From Mytilus edulis (taxonomy: Eukaryota), in contig NC_092356.1 in assembly GCF_963676685.1 (NCBI RefSeq), positions 65,348,001 through 65,412,000 of the forward strand: a stretch of 64,000 nucleotides of DNA, read 5' to 3'. Shown here one piece after another: positions 11,704 through 25,618 of this stretch. A program made the translations under genes and the position numbers. The first letter of the stretch is position 1, and each line of letters starts with the position of its first letter. Below the pieces are notes generated by a model that was given only the letters and a program-made list of their open reading frames with translations, ran no database searches and had not been told where the DNA came from.

Positions 11704-13776
11704 TATGTTGTATTCAACGGGAAGGCATCCAAAGTAGCAATCTTCAAAGAGAAAAGAGTTCTTTCATTGTAAATTGAATCTTAGTCCATTGTCTTCTATC
11801 ACTTTTGTCGACAAAAGAATATTTTATACTAACCAAAAAAGAAATAGTGTGACATGTTGTGATATTGATATGAATAATATCATATGCACGTACAGAGACA
11901 CCTCTGTTTTGAAGGATCTTCGTAGAATTGCACTTGACAATGAAGTAAATGTTTACATTGTTAGTTACATTCAAAATAAACGTGTTCTATTATCTGCACA
12001 CGGACAACAACATAGGCAACTTTTATCGGAAAAAGATGGACTTCTAAAACCTTATGCTATTTGTTATGACAAAAACAAACAAACATCGTCTGTTAATTTT
12101 TAATCGAAAAAATATGGGTTTGATGTAGCAACGAAATTAAACAAATGCGTGTTTTTTAACATTGTTTGCTATTTTATCGTTTTGTTTTATTGGGTTTATT
12201 AACGATGGTATCTGTGTTTTAATGAAAAACAAATAGTAGAGAAACTTGTGTGTAAGATGTTGGCAATTGTGTCTGCAAAATACGAACAAATCATATGTTG
12301 TTAATCTTTGCTTGAATTTCTAATTAGGATCTATACAATTATTAGTCATGTTAGATAATTGTATTAGTCAAACTCTTTGATTTCTTACTTCAACACTGGT
12401 TTTCCTTTCAGCACATGTTTCTGATATAATAATTCAACAGTCTTATTTCTGAAAATTTTGTCAAGACAACGAATTTTCATGTTAAAAAAGTCCATAAAAA
12501 GTAACATCACAAAAATACTGAAATCCAAGGAATATTCAAAACGGAAAGCCCCTCATCAAATGGCAAAATTAAAAGTTAAAACATATCAAACGAATGGACA
12601 ACAACTGTCATGCATGTGTTTAATAGTTAACCTTTAATGGTCTTATCAATTTTCAAAAAAAAAAAAATATTTACTGAATTGTCAAAGTATCCGAAAGGTC
12701 CGAAAAATTGATGTAATGTATAAATCTTTTAACAAATGCAATTACGACATTAAATAATAAAATGAAAACTTACGGCAAAACCTAAGGTGCATTAGTAGCC
12801 AAAATTTCTATCAATAACCATTGAATGAAATATGTTTTTTTCGATCAAACGTTATATAAATTATAAACATGCATTGCATCAATAATTTCAGTAACATTTA
12901 AAAATCAGAAAGTTTTAACATATGATTTTACGCCCCAGTCCCACTAGACCACGATCGCACCACGCTCACCATGATCTAAAACAAATTCAGATCGTGGTGA
13001 GGTCGCGGTATGAGCGGCATGAAAATATAAATTTTCGTTGCTTTCACGATGCTACTACGTCCTCATTACGCTTCTACAACGATCCCGCTACTATTATACC
13101 ATGTTCTCGCTGCGCTTATTCTGCGACGTCACTACGCTTATCAAGATCTTTTAATTAAAAGAAATCTTCTTATCAAGATACTTAAACAAATCGAATCAAA
13201 AAATGTTTGAATATGGCTTTATAATTTTGTGCAATCTATATCTGATAGACATCGCGATAAATTATACTCCATCACAATATATTAGACTCCTTTTACGGAC
13301 AGGACATATACCGAAGGTAACCTAGGTTTATAGAGTAAACTGCACCAGGTCCATCTGCGCGGATGATTTGGACTTCAATAAACTGCCAATGTTAATGTAC
13401 TACTATTAAAACTGGAATTCAATTTCAATATATTTTAGTTATCTGCCTCCTTATAACTAGCGTATGGCAATGCGAAACCATCGTTAGTATTGGCTGCTTT
13501 CAACTGAAAGTTGGATTCATATGACTGCAAATTCGAAACAGTCTAAGAAAGATTGCCTTCTAGAATATTTCCTCTGAAATTCGGAAAAGTTAAAGTCGGT
13601 AGGTGGTATGTTTGATTGCTATACATTGACAGTGATAGAGAGAATATAACTATATTGTTGATTTCTAACACCTATAGTTGGGATATTTTGATTTAAAAAA
13701 AAAAAGGTAGTATTTAAAGTGTGACAGGATGAAATAGAATGTTGATTTGCATGATTGTTTTTACGTATTAATTATA

Positions 13777-13930
13777 AAAGAGGGACGAAAGATACCAAAA
13801 GGACAGTCAAACTCATAAATCTAAAACAAACTGACAACGCCATGGCTAAAATGAAAAAGACAAACAGAAAAACAATAGTACACATGACACAACATAGAAA
13901 ACTAAAGAATAAACAACACGAACCCCAATA
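13777..13930 (-). repeat. Penelope-like 3' tail fragment
   Basis: aaagagggacgaaagatacc..aaacaacacgaaccccaa matches 62580-62735. Confidence 0.75.
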
Positions 13931-14924
13931 AAATTAGAGACAATGTAGTACAAATGCAAATGAGACCATTTTTCACAAGAGACCGAATAAATAGAAATTA
14001 ACATCTGTAAGTCACCGTAAAGCCTTCAACAACTGACAAAGCGCATACCGCAGAATCAGCTATAAAACGCCCCGAAATCACAAATAAAAAAATTAATTCA
14101 AACAACAAAACTAACGGATTAATTAATGAACCAAACATGCACGAAAAACAAATATGTAACCACCAACAAACGATGCCCTCTGAAATACATACAGAATGTA
14201 GCGTGTTTAAACAAGTAAGCGGGATCACAACCCTACCTATACCTTGGACATTGGTGTAACAGTACAGCAAAAGAACGAAGTATAAAAACAAGTTGAAAAG
14301 TTTAAATCATCAGACGGATACTAACAGAAATATATTTAACAAAACACAGAGTGACCGGTTCTTGTATACATCCCAACAACAATTAGACACTAAGTACAGA
14401 ATGCAAGTATACTCATGTGTATTCAACTTCTCCTTAAATATCCTTCGAAAATAATCAAAATGGCAAAAATACCGAACTGCGAGGGCAATTCAGATGGGAA
14501 ATTCATTTATCAAATGGCAAATGTTCAAACAAAAAATGTCGAAAATACTTGAAAGAGTTGTACTCAATTGTATATAGAATGCAAATCAATCTAGAATGCA
14601 CAATTACACAAGTTTGACGTGAGAAAGTCTATACGTTACAAATCTGAAATAAGTTTCTAAGGACAGTCCAACCCATGCATCGTTGTAAAAAAAAAGCCGA
14701 AAAAGAGATAGTCATTCTTTACATGTACTTGTAAGTTTTATATCATTCTAGCATTCTGGCACTTACATACCAAGCATAATAATTCTATTAACGTATCCGT
14801 CTATTTGTTTGATAAAAAATGGTTATAGCTGGTAGGAAAACTGACTTCATCACGTAAAACTACCGTAGGTTACTTTGAAAATACGTTATATTTTATATTT
14901 ACTATAAACATTTGCATATTCTAA

Positions 14925-15229
14925 NNNNNNNNNNNNNNNNNNNNNNNNNNNNNNNNNNNNNNNNNNNNNNNNNNNNNNNNNNNNNNNNNNNNNNNNNNNN
15001 NNNNNNNNNNNNNNNNNNNNNNNNNNNNNNNNNNNNNNNNNNNNNNNNNNNNNNNNNNNNNNNNNNNNNNNNNNNNNNNNNNNNNNNNNNNNNNNNNNNN
15101 NNNNNNNNNNNNNNNNNNNNNNNNNNNNNNNNNNNNNNNNNNNNNNNNNNNNNNNNNNNNNNNNNNNNNNNNNNNNNNNNNNNNNNNNNNNNNNNNNNNN
15201 NNNNNNNNNNNNNNNNNNNNNNNNNNNNN
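14925..15229. other. Assembly gap (N run)
   Basis: Run of n. Confidence 1.
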
Positions 15230-15230
15230 A

Positions 15231-15332
15231 GTACTTCTAGTTACAGCCGATTGCATTGAGTGTACATCATCATCATCATGATGCTAAACGCTGAAGTAGT
15301 ACTTCTAGTTACAGCCGATTGCATTGAGTGTG
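15231..15332 (+). repeat. Edge of a 68-bp minisatellite containing (CAT)n; second instance at 22393-22494
   Basis: gtacttctagttacagccgattgcattgagtgt starts at 15231 and again at 15299. Confidence 0.8.
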
Positions 15333-18300
15333 TAGGCAAAAGCAATATATTTAGTTAGCTTGCTTACTATAGATGAACTGTGAAGTAATTATCAGGTTAG
15401 GTACACTACTCTCCTTAGAAGTCGCGTTGACTCTATATTTCTTAGTGAAGTAGGTAAATTAGAGGTTTAACATGTTTAATTAAAAACAATAATTTCTTAA
15501 ATTGTAAATCTCGTCAGCAGTATAAAGTTAAAATATCATGCGATATAGTACACGTTTACATATCATATGTAAAATGTATTTCTTGGCTGACATTCAATGA
15601 GTGACTTTCCAATTGTTTAAATCAAGGTAAATTTATCATTTAATTTTAAAAATCCAATCCGTCTGGGTATGTATCTGTGTTTGTGATATCTGTGGGTATA
15701 GGTTAGGTTTCACTTTTATGATATTTATGAAATAACATGCAGTGGTGGAACTTATTTTTTCATGTATTTCGGCAAATGAAGCATTACATGGTAACGTTTT
15801 GATGTATTTGATAGAAATGTGTTTAATTTGTGTCGAGTAGTTTTAAAACGCCTATTTGAAACAAATTTCAAATGTATCCTGTATTGTGTTATAAAGTTAT
15901 ATAAGTTTAAACAAATACGTTAAGTTGCTAAGATAAACATCCGTTTTTTTTATTATTTGTTATTTGTTCTTTTTTATATATAACTTCCATATTGATTAAA
16001 TGCAGCTTTTCACCCTTATGTAATTTAAAGTTTGATTTATATTGTTAAATGATCCATGTCCCTATCCTTGATAATGCGTGAAGCATAACAGTTTACAAAC
16101 AAACAACTTAAATTATACATTTAAATACGATGGAATGATTTTAACGATGCACAACTTATAAAATCAATGAATTTGTATTATTTTAATTTTGACTTCCAAT
16201 ACCCTTTTTGTATATATGTACATGACAATTTATGCAATACAAATAGTGTCTTATTCAAATAAGCGACGCCTTATGTAAAATATTTGCAGTTAAATAGTTA
16301 TACACCTATCGTCACTACTAGGTGACACTTAAATATCCGTTAACTTATGGGAAATTTGCTATCTAAAAACTTATAAATCGGTAAGTGTTTGATATTATCT
16401 TTAATTTTTGAGTAATATTTCACAAACTTACTTTGAATTCACGTTTTACATATTAAATCTACTATCAAAACTTATCATATGACCTCTCGTGACGTTAATT
16501 ACGTATGTAGTATTGATACTGTTTTATATATTAGATATATGATCAAGACAGCCTCGATGTTAGTTTATATGATATTTTAGGGGACAAGCACAAATACTCG
16601 TACATTTTTCTTTAAACTTTTATTTATTTAGAATATTAAAAGTTCTAAATGAAAACGATTCTTCCATAATTATATAACTGAGTATTGTGGAATTCTTTCT
16701 GTTCTAAATTGGAATTTTAACACATGTTAAGATCAATCTCAAAGCGAGTTTTTTTTCCATTTCAGAAATAATAGTAAGTCATACAATTTGTATCTTTATG
16801 TATATATGTATGTATTAACATAAAACGGAGATACATCAATGGAATAGTGACGGTTTGAAAGAAAAGAAAAAAAAAACATTAAATTTTTAAAATGTCACGC
16901 TCTTAACCTAAAATATTTTGAATAAACTATAAAGAAAGTTTCAATACCTCTAAAAAAAGACACGAAGGTATGAACTATGATAACTATTGTCATCGTTCAT
17001 AAACCACATTTTTGGCAAATATATTTCATTAATTATCCTCCATATACTATAGACATTTCACCATTGTTGTAAATACATTGTATAGTTTGTATAAAAGAGT
17101 CTTCATTTTTAAAACTTTTTAGACGGATGAGTTGGAATTTATTTGGTAGTTTTTGCTTTTTTTTCTAAGAACCATACAATGGACTTATTACTATAGACGA
17201 GATACCAAATAGATATTCAAACTAACAAGTCGATAACAAACTGTCAATACCGTGGCAACAACAAATACAACGGAAAATCAACCAGTACACACAACAACAA
17301 AAAGTAAAACTAAAGACTAACGAACACGAACAATACAACCAACTGGGGTCAAGTTATATTAACATGCACGTCTACTATTATGAATAGGCATTTTAAATAG
17401 TCCTTATTTCAATACAAACATTTACGTACTTCAAACAGACAGCTGCAGCTCTGAATTTTGAGTACGACTCCTGGTTTGACACTACATACGTTGACAAATA
17501 CGATATGTCTGTGTTACCTCTATAGCGACATGCTCTCGCAGTCTTAATCGTTAAAGAAGATAGAATAGTCATATCATCTATTAGTCCTATAATTTGACCG
17601 ATGGTTGCCTTTAACCGATTGTAAATTTCATTGAATGTGGATTTACATGACAGATGATGCCTGCATATCAGAGGACGCATCTGGGAAAAATAGAATTATT
17701 TCGATTCTAATAGGAATATTTGAACTTTTCTACTTCGAAGCGGACCTATAGTAGACGCTCGAAATGTCGCCATTTTGATTTGATGAATAAAAACGTTATA
17801 GAAAAATCAACAGTTTGTCAATAAAAAAAAGAACAGAAACATTTAAACTTACTTTTAGAATGTTTTTATTTAATTTCCTAGCGAAGAACACCAACAAAAA
17901 TGTCCATTTTGATCTCTGGCGTTGTTCGAAATTCATCTGACGTTGCAATTTCAATTGTGACGTCAATCACGTGCAGCCCATGTTCTATTCGAATTAGAAC
18001 ATGGCTTTGTACCCAAAGCTAAAGAAGAACGTCATATTAGAATAGCTAGTATTTGTGTGTTTCTCTGTCCTATATGTTCCCCCAAGAACTTGTATTGTAG
18101 TCCTGTCATGTAAGGTTGTCATTTTAATGTGATGTTTAGCATTGCCATTAAAGCGGGAGGGTTTGGCTAGCCACAAAACCAGGTTCAACCCCCCATTTTT
18201 TTCTTACAAAATGTCCTGTATCAAGTCAGGAAAATGGTCATTGTTTAGTTCGTTTCTGTGTGTGTTACATTTTATTGTTGCGTTTCTGTTGTGTCGTGTT

Positions 18301-18710
18301 CTCCGCTTATATTTGATGTGTTTCCCTCCGTTCTAATTTGTAGCCCGGATTTGTTTTTTTCTCGGTCTATTTATGAATTTCGAACAGCGGTATACTAATG
18401 TTGCCTTTATTTACCTTGTCGATGCACCCGGTATCGCTTCTTTTGGAATTCATGTAATTCCCTCAGATTTTGTTTTATATTTTACATATATAACTGACTT
18501 CTGAGTCTATTTATGAGATTTGAACATGTTGAACATAGTTAAACTACTGTTACCTGAATGTATATACTGGTTGGTTAGACATTCTGCGGACAATATAAAA
18601 ATACAAATACATTCAATTGATCCTCCACCTCGGATTGTCACTTATTCTCCTGTACACTTGTCAGTACCATTTAAACATTAAATTAAATAAATCTTTCATA
18701 TTTTTCAGAA

Positions 18711-20393
18711 ATGACGACAAATCATCAATTTTGCAGTATGTGTGATCAACGTCATATCACTAAGCCTTCAAGTGATTGGTGTTCTGAATGTAACCAAGCT
18801 CTATGTACCGAATGTAAAGATCTCCATGCAATTATCAAAGCTTTACAACATCATTCTTTGATACCAATAGAAAACTACCTATCTCTTGGAACATCTTTTT
18901 CTTTAGTTGAGGGACATTGTCCCTTACACGACGACAAATATCAACTAGTTTGTCAATCACATGACTGTTTACTCTGTCTTACATGTTTAGAAGAACATAT
19001 GACTTGTGAAAACGTGGTTCGTATCAGTAAGCTAACCAAAGATGTAAAAACGTCTGAACATTTTATAAAAGCTAAGACGGGTGTATCGGAGATCATACTA
19101 AAGTTTTCGAAATTACAAAACCATCTTGAGGAGAACTTAATTGAACTCAAGACAAAGAAAGAATCAGCACTTCGAGATATAACTCAGATTAGAGAAAATA
19201 TGAATACTCATCTAAATCAAATTGAAAGCACTCTGAAAACAGAACTATGTGAACTAGTAGATGATCAGTGCAACCGTGGTATTGATATGACTTTACAAGA
19301 GGTTATAAAGGAGAAAGCGAATGTTGAACATTTCCAGCGACAGATTGAAGACCTCAGTAAATATGGATCAGATCTACAAACGTTTTTTGGCATGCGAAAG
19401 ATAATTGCAAAAACTGCCACCGCAAATCAGTACTTGCAGACATTCGCGGACGATGGTAAATTAGATAAAATGACATTTACCTGTGAAATCAATAAGCTTA
19501 TTCCAGACTTCCTTGCGGATGTAAAGAGTTTAGGAATAATCCAATTACAGACAATCCCTGGTCATATTACACTGGAAAGTGCAAAGAATACAGAGGCACA
19601 GTTGGTAGGTTCGGGTAACAAATCTATAAATTATATCAAACTCAGTTTGGTTCATACTATCAATCTAAGTGGAGAATTTACTGGATGTTGTATTCTTCCA
19701 GATGAAAAGATTGTGCTATGTGATTGTAAAAATAACAGTGACTGCATACAAATATTGCATCCACATGGAGAACTCATTTTAAAAATCCCCACAGCATCCA
19801 GCTTTCATTCGGATGTAACATATATTGATAAACAAACCGTAGCTGTATCATCAGATGTACAACAGCAAGTACATGTCATAAATGTAGATACAAAATCCAT
19901 AAGATCCATCCCAACTCCTGATTCATGTTATGGAACAACGCACAAAGAGGGATCACTGCTATGTTGTATTCAAGGGAAAGGCATACAAAGTATCAATCTT
20001 CAAAGTGAGAAAAGTACTACGATTGTAAACTGCAATCTTAGTCCATTGTCTTCTATTGCTTTTGTCGACAAAAGAATATTTTATACTAACCAAAAAAGAA
20101 ATAGTGTGACTTGCTGTGATATGGACACGGGTAATATTATCTGGACATTTAGAAACGCATCTGTTGTGAAAGATCTTCGTAGAATTGCAGTTGACAATGT
20201 GGGAAATGTTTACATTGTTAGCTACAATCAGAATAAACTCGTTGTATTGTCTGCCGACGGACAACATCATAGACAACTGCTATCGGAAAAAGATGGACTT
20301 CTTAAACCTTATGCTATTTGTTATGACAAAAACAAAAATCGTCTCCTGATATGTAATCGAAAAAATACCGGCTTTTTGTTTGATGTATCATAA
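18711..20393 (+). CDS. RING-less TRIM-like protein, copy 2 (subfamily A): B-box1, B-box2, coiled coil, NHL-like beta-propeller, 560 aa
   Basis: Uninterrupted ORF with two Cys/His B-boxes. The C-terminal half has repeated blade motifs (FTGCCILPDEKIVLCD, IAVDNVGNVYIVS, PYAICYDKNKNRLLIC). Preceded by acceptor tttttcag|aa|ATG. Confidence 0.92.
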   Translation: MTTNHQFCSMCDQRHITKPSSDWCSECNQALCTECKDLHAIIKALQHHSLIPIENYLSLGTSFSLVEGHCPLHDDKYQLVCQSHDCLLCLTCLEEHMTCENVVRISKLTKDVKTSEHFIKAKTGVSEIILKFSKLQNHLEENLIELKTKKESALRDITQIRENMNTHLNQIESTLKTELCELVDDQCNRGIDMTLQEVIKEKANVEHFQRQIEDLSKYGSDLQTFFGMRKIIAKTATANQYLQTFADDGKLDKMTFTCEINKLIPDFLADVKSLGIIQLQTIPGHITLESAKNTEAQLVGSGNKSINYIKLSLVHTINLSGEFTGCCILPDEKIVLCDCKNNSDCIQILHPHGELILKIPTASSFHSDVTYIDKQTVAVSSDVQQQVHVINVDTKSIRSIPTPDSCYGTTHKEGSLLCCIQGKGIQSINLQSEKSTTIVNCNLSPLSSIAFVDKRIFYTNQKRNSVTCCDMDTGNIIWTFRNASVVKDLRRIAVDNVGNVYIVSYNQNKLVVLSADGQHHRQLLSEKDGLLKPYAICYDKNKNRLLICNRKNTGFLFDVS

Positions 20394-22146
20394 AAGAACA
20401 TAAACCAAATGCGTGTTATATATTGTTTTTTTGTTATTTTGAGTTTTTTCTATGTTTGTTTTTTTGTGTTTTTGGTGATTGCGGCAATTGGGGCTGCGAA
20501 ATTCCGAGTAATTCACATTTCGTAAAGTTTGCTTAAATTTGTAATTAGGATTTCTAAAATTATTAGTCATGATAGATAATTGTACTAGTCGAACTCTGCT
20601 TTACACAGTAGATATATTGTCCATTGTCTGGATAACGTTGACACTTAGTTTGTGAGACTATAACATGTATAAGATACAAGGGTCACACTTTGTCACGAGA
20701 CGCTTTTTATCCGTAGCTGTATGCATTTACATCTTTAGTTTTCTTACTACATTTAGTGATTTTTATATTGTCTGTCTTTTTGTCTGCCGCTATGGTGTTA
20801 GTTTCTCGAGATCTTCGATGTATACTAGTTTTAAATGTCTCCTAGGTATCTGCCGATTCTTTGTTGTAATTAGTTCGCGCGTACTTTTTTGGTATCTCGC
20901 CACTTCCACGATAAGTTGTATATTGAAGGACGGATAGACCAGTTTGAACTTTTCCCTATCAATGTACGTATAACCATACATTTCTCTTCTCTTTTAAATA
21001 AAGTTCCAGATCTGTAGGTTCAAGGTTATTGTCATTTTGTGTTTCTCCTTGATTTATTTCTATGAATTATTTGTAAGATCTCTGATGTCTTTTTAGCTGT
21101 TCCTCCAAACAAAGGTCATAGAAAACTTTCGTCTGCAAATTGACATCAGTGGTCGTACAAATAATTCATAGAAATAAGTCACTATAAAATTGAGAATGGA
21201 AATGGGGAATATGCCAAAGAGACAACAACCCGACCATAGAAAAAAAAAGAGAGACACCGTAAAGCCTTCAACAACTGACAAAGCGCATACCGCAGAATCA
21301 GCTATAAAACGCCCCGAAATGACAAATGAAAAAAAATTCAAACAACAAAACTAACGGATTTTTTAATGAACCAAACATGAAGGAAAAACAAATATGTAAC
21401 CACCAACAAACGACGCCCTCTGAAATACATACAGAATGTAGCGTGTTTAAACAAGTAAGCGGGATCACAACCCTACCTATACCTTGGACATTGGTGTAAC
21501 AGTACAGCAAAAGAACGAAGTATAAAAGCAAGTTGAAAAGTTTAAAATATCAATACTAACAAAAATACATCTAACAAAACAAAAAGTGACCGGTTCTTGT
21601 ATATATCCCAACAACAATTAGACAATAAATACAGAATGCAGGTATACTCATGTGTATTCAACTTCTTCTTAAATATCCTTCGAAAATAATCAAAATGGCA
21701 AAAATACCGAACTGCGAGGACAATTCAGATCGGAAAGTCATTTATCAAATGGCAAATGTTCAAACAAAAAATGTCGAAAATACTTGAAAGAGTTGTACTC
21801 AATTGTATATAGAATGCAAATCAATCTAGAATGCACAATTACACAAGTTTGACGTGAGAAAGTCTATACGTTACAAATCTGAAATAAGTTTCTAAGGACA
21901 GACCAACCCATGCATCGTTGTAAAAAAAAAAGCCGAAAAAGAGATAGTCATTCTTCACATGTACTTGTAAGTTTTATATCATTCTAGCATTCTGGCACTT
22001 ACATACCAAGCATAATAATTCTATTAACGTATCCGTCTATTTGTTTGATAAAAAATGGTTATAGCTGGTAGGAAAACTGACTTTATCACGTAAAACTACC
22101 GTAGGTTACTTTGAAAAATACGTTATATTTTATATTTACTATAAAC

Positions 22147-22392
22147 NNNNNNNNNNNNNNNNNNNNNNNNNNNNNNNNNNNNNNNNNNNNNNNNNNNNNN
22201 NNNNNNNNNNNNNNNNNNNNNNNNNNNNNNNNNNNNNNNNNNNNNNNNNNNNNNNNNNNNNNNNNNNNNNNNNNNNNNNNNNNNNNNNNNNNNNNNNNNN
22301 NNNNNNNNNNNNNNNNNNNNNNNNNNNNNNNNNNNNNNNNNNNNNNNNNNNNNNNNNNNNNNNNNNNNNNNNNNNNNNNNNNNNNNNNNNNN
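22147..22392. other. Assembly gap (N run) at the position homologous to the first gap
   Basis: Run of n with the same flanks as 14925-15229. Confidence 1.
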
Positions 22393-25300
22393 GTACTTCT
22401 AGTTACAGCCGATTGCATTGAGTGTACATCATCATCATCATCATGCTAAAAGCTGAAGTAGTACTTCTAGTTACAGCCGATTGCATTGAGTGTGTAGGCA
22501 AAAGCAATATATTAAGTTAGCTTGCTTACTAGCTGAACTGTGAAGTAATTATCAGGTTAGGTACACTGCTCTCCTTAGAAGTCGCGTTGACTCTATATTT
22601 CTTTAGTAAAGTAGGTAAATAAGAGTTTTAACATGTTTAATTAAAAACAATAATTTCATAAATTGTAAATCTCGTCAGCAGTATAAAGTTAAAATGCCAT
22701 GCGATATAGTACACGTTTACATATCATATGTAAAATGTATTTCTTGGCTGACATTCAATGAGTGACTTTCCAATGGTTTAAATCAAGGTAAATTTATCAT
22801 TTAATTTTAAAAATCCAATCTGTGTGGGTATGTATCTGTGTTTATGATATATGTGGGTATAGGTTAGGTTTCACTCTTATGATATTTTCCTGGTTTAAGT
22901 CTGATCCTTATGATCGTTAAATATTGTTATGTGTAATTAGTCACGAAATTTCCATGTTTATTAAGTAACTATTGTAATAATGGGCTTCTTTGACTGATCC
23001 GTTGAAATAACATGCAGTGGTGGAACTTATTTTTTTATGTATTTCGGCAAATGAAGCATTACATGGTAACGTTTTGATGTATTTGATAGAAATGTGTTTA
23101 ATTTGTGCCGAGTAGTTTTAAAACGCCATTTTGAAACAATTTGCAAATGTATCCTGTATTAAATATTGTGTTATAAAGTTATATAAGTTTAAACAAATAC
23201 GTTAAGTTGCTAAGATAAACATCCGGTTTTTTTATTATTTGTTATTTGTTCTTTTTTATATATAACTTCCATATTGATTAAATGCAGCTTTTCACCTTTA
23301 TGTAATTTAAAGTTTGATTTATATTGTTAAATGATCCATGTCCCTATCCTTGATAATGCGTGAAGCATAACAGTTTACAAACAAACAACTTAAATTATAC
23401 ATTTAAATACGATGGAATGATTTTAACGATGCACAACTTATAAAATCGATGAATTTGTATTATTTTAATTTTGACTTCCAATACCCTTTTTGTATATATG
23501 TACATGACAATTTATGCAATACAAATAGTGTCTTATTCAAATAAGCGACGCCTTATGTAAAATATTTGCAGTTAAATAGTTATACACCTATCGTCACTAC
23601 TAGGTGACACTTAAATATCCGTTAACTTATGGGAAATTTGCTATCTAAAAACTTATAAATCGGTAAGTGTTTGATATTATCTTTAATTTTTGAGTAATAT
23701 TTCACAAACTTACTTTGAATTCACGTTTTACATATTAAATCTACTATCAAAACATATCATATGACCTCTCGTGACGTTAATTACGTATGTAGTATTGATA
23801 CTGTTTTATATATTAGATATATGATCAAGACAGCCTTGATGTTAGTTTATATGATATTTTAGGGGACAAGCACAAATACTCGTACATTTTTCTATAAACT
23901 TTTATTTATTTAGAATATTAAAAGTTCTAAATGAAAACGGTTCTTCCATAATTATATAACTGAGTATTGTGGAATTCTTTCTGTTCTAAATTGGAATTTT
24001 AACACATGTTAAGATCAATCTCAAAGCGAGTTTTTTCCATTTCAGAAATAATAGTAAGTGATACAATTTGTATCTTTATGTATATATGTATGTATTTACA
24101 TAAAACGGAGATACATCAATGGAACAGTTACGGTTTGAAAAGAAAAGAAAAAAAACCAAAAGCATTAAATTTTCAAATTGTCACGCTCTTAAACTAAAAT
24201 ATTTTGAATAAAGAATAAAGAAAGTGTCAATACCTCTAAAAAAAAAGACACAAAGGTATGAACTATGATAACTACTGTCGTCGTTCATAAACCAGATTTT
24301 TGGCAAATATATTTCATTAATTATCCTCCATATACAATAGACATTTCACCATTGTTGTAAATACATTGTATAGTTTGTATAAAAGAGTCTTAATTGTTAA
24401 AACTTTTTAGACGGATGAGTTGGAATTTATTTGGTAGTTTTTGCTTTTTTTCTAAGAACCATACAATGGACTTATTACTATAGAAGAGATACCAAATAGA
24501 TATTCAAACTAACAAGTCGATAACAAACTGAAAATACCGTGGCAACAACAAATGCAACGTAAAACAACCAGTGCACCCCAAAAAACAAGTAAAACTAACG
24601 AATAACGAACACGAACAATACAAACAACTGGGGTCAAGTTATACTAACATGCACGTCTACTATTATGAATAGGCATTTTAAAATAGTCCTTATTCTAACA
24701 CAAACATTGATGTATTTCAAACAGACAGCTGCAGCTCTGAATTTTGAGTACGACTCCTGGTTAGACACTACATACGTTGACAAATACGATATGTCTGTGT
24801 TACCTCTCCAGCGACATGTTTTCACAGTCTTAATCTTTAAAGAAGATAGAATAGTCATATCCTCTATAAGTCCTATAATTTGACCGATGGTTGCCTTTAA
24901 CCGATTGTAAATTTCATTGAATGTGGATTTACATGACGGATGATGCATGCATATCAGAGGACGCATCTGGCAAATTATAAACCTGGTACCTTTTAATAGC
25001 TATTATTTGTGTGTTTCGCTGTCCTATATGTTCTCCCATTAGCTTGTATTGTAGTCCTGTCATGTAAGGTTGTCATTTTAATGTGATGTTTAACATTGCC
25101 ATAAAAGCGGAAGGGTTTGGCTAGCCACAAAACCAGGTTCACCCCCCCCCCCCCCATTTTTTTTCTTCCAAAATGTCCTGTATCAAGTCAGGAAAATGGT
25201 CATTGTTTAGTTCGTTTCTATGTGTGTACATTTTATTGTTGTGTTTTTGTTGTGTCGTGTTCTCCTCTTATATTTGATGTGTTTCCCTCAGTTCTAATTT

Positions 25301-25618
25301 GTAGCCCGGATTTTTTTTTTTATTTATTTACCTTGTCGATGCACCCGGTGTCGCTTCTTTTGGAATTCATGCAATTCCCTCAGATTTGGTTTTATATTTT
25401 ACATATATAACTGACTTCTGAGTCTATTTATGAGATTTGGACATAGTTAAACTACTGTTACCTGAATGTATATACTGGTTGGTTAGACATTCTGCGGGCA
25501 AAATAAAAATAAAAATACATTCAATTGATCCTCCACCTCGAATTGTCACTTATTCTCCTGTACACTTGTCAGTACCATTTAAACATTAAATAAAATAAAT
25601 CTTTCATATTTTTCAGAA

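Larger units (their letters stand above)
8233..12130 (+). pseudogene. TRIM-like B-box/coiled-coil/NHL-propeller gene copy 1 (subfamily A), split by an Ngaro-type retrotransposon; retains a 323-aa B-box+coiled-coil ORF (8233..9204)
   Basis: ORF 8233..9204 has B-box1 (CGIC..WCSEC..LCTECKDLH..H) and B-box2 (CPLH..FCQSH..LCLTCLEEH) plus a helical region. Homology to copy 2 stops near 9159 and resumes at 11297 (ttcatactatcaat). The propeller half has frameshifts and a SINE-like insert. Confidence 0.88.

Noticed and set aside
14912-15259. ORFs spanning the N runs (also 22086..22449)
   Set aside because: Artefacts of translating assembly gaps.
18953-20276. Antisense ORFs within the TRIM-like genes (also 25861, 26857, 44497, 56213, 56331, 57490)
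   Set aside because: Shadow frames of the sense CDS, with no independent coding signal.
18711-20393. Assigning gene symbols such as TRIM2, TRIM3, TRIM56 or TRIM71
   Set aside because: There is no RING or filamin domain and the expansion appears lineage-specific, so orthology cannot be supported from the sequence.
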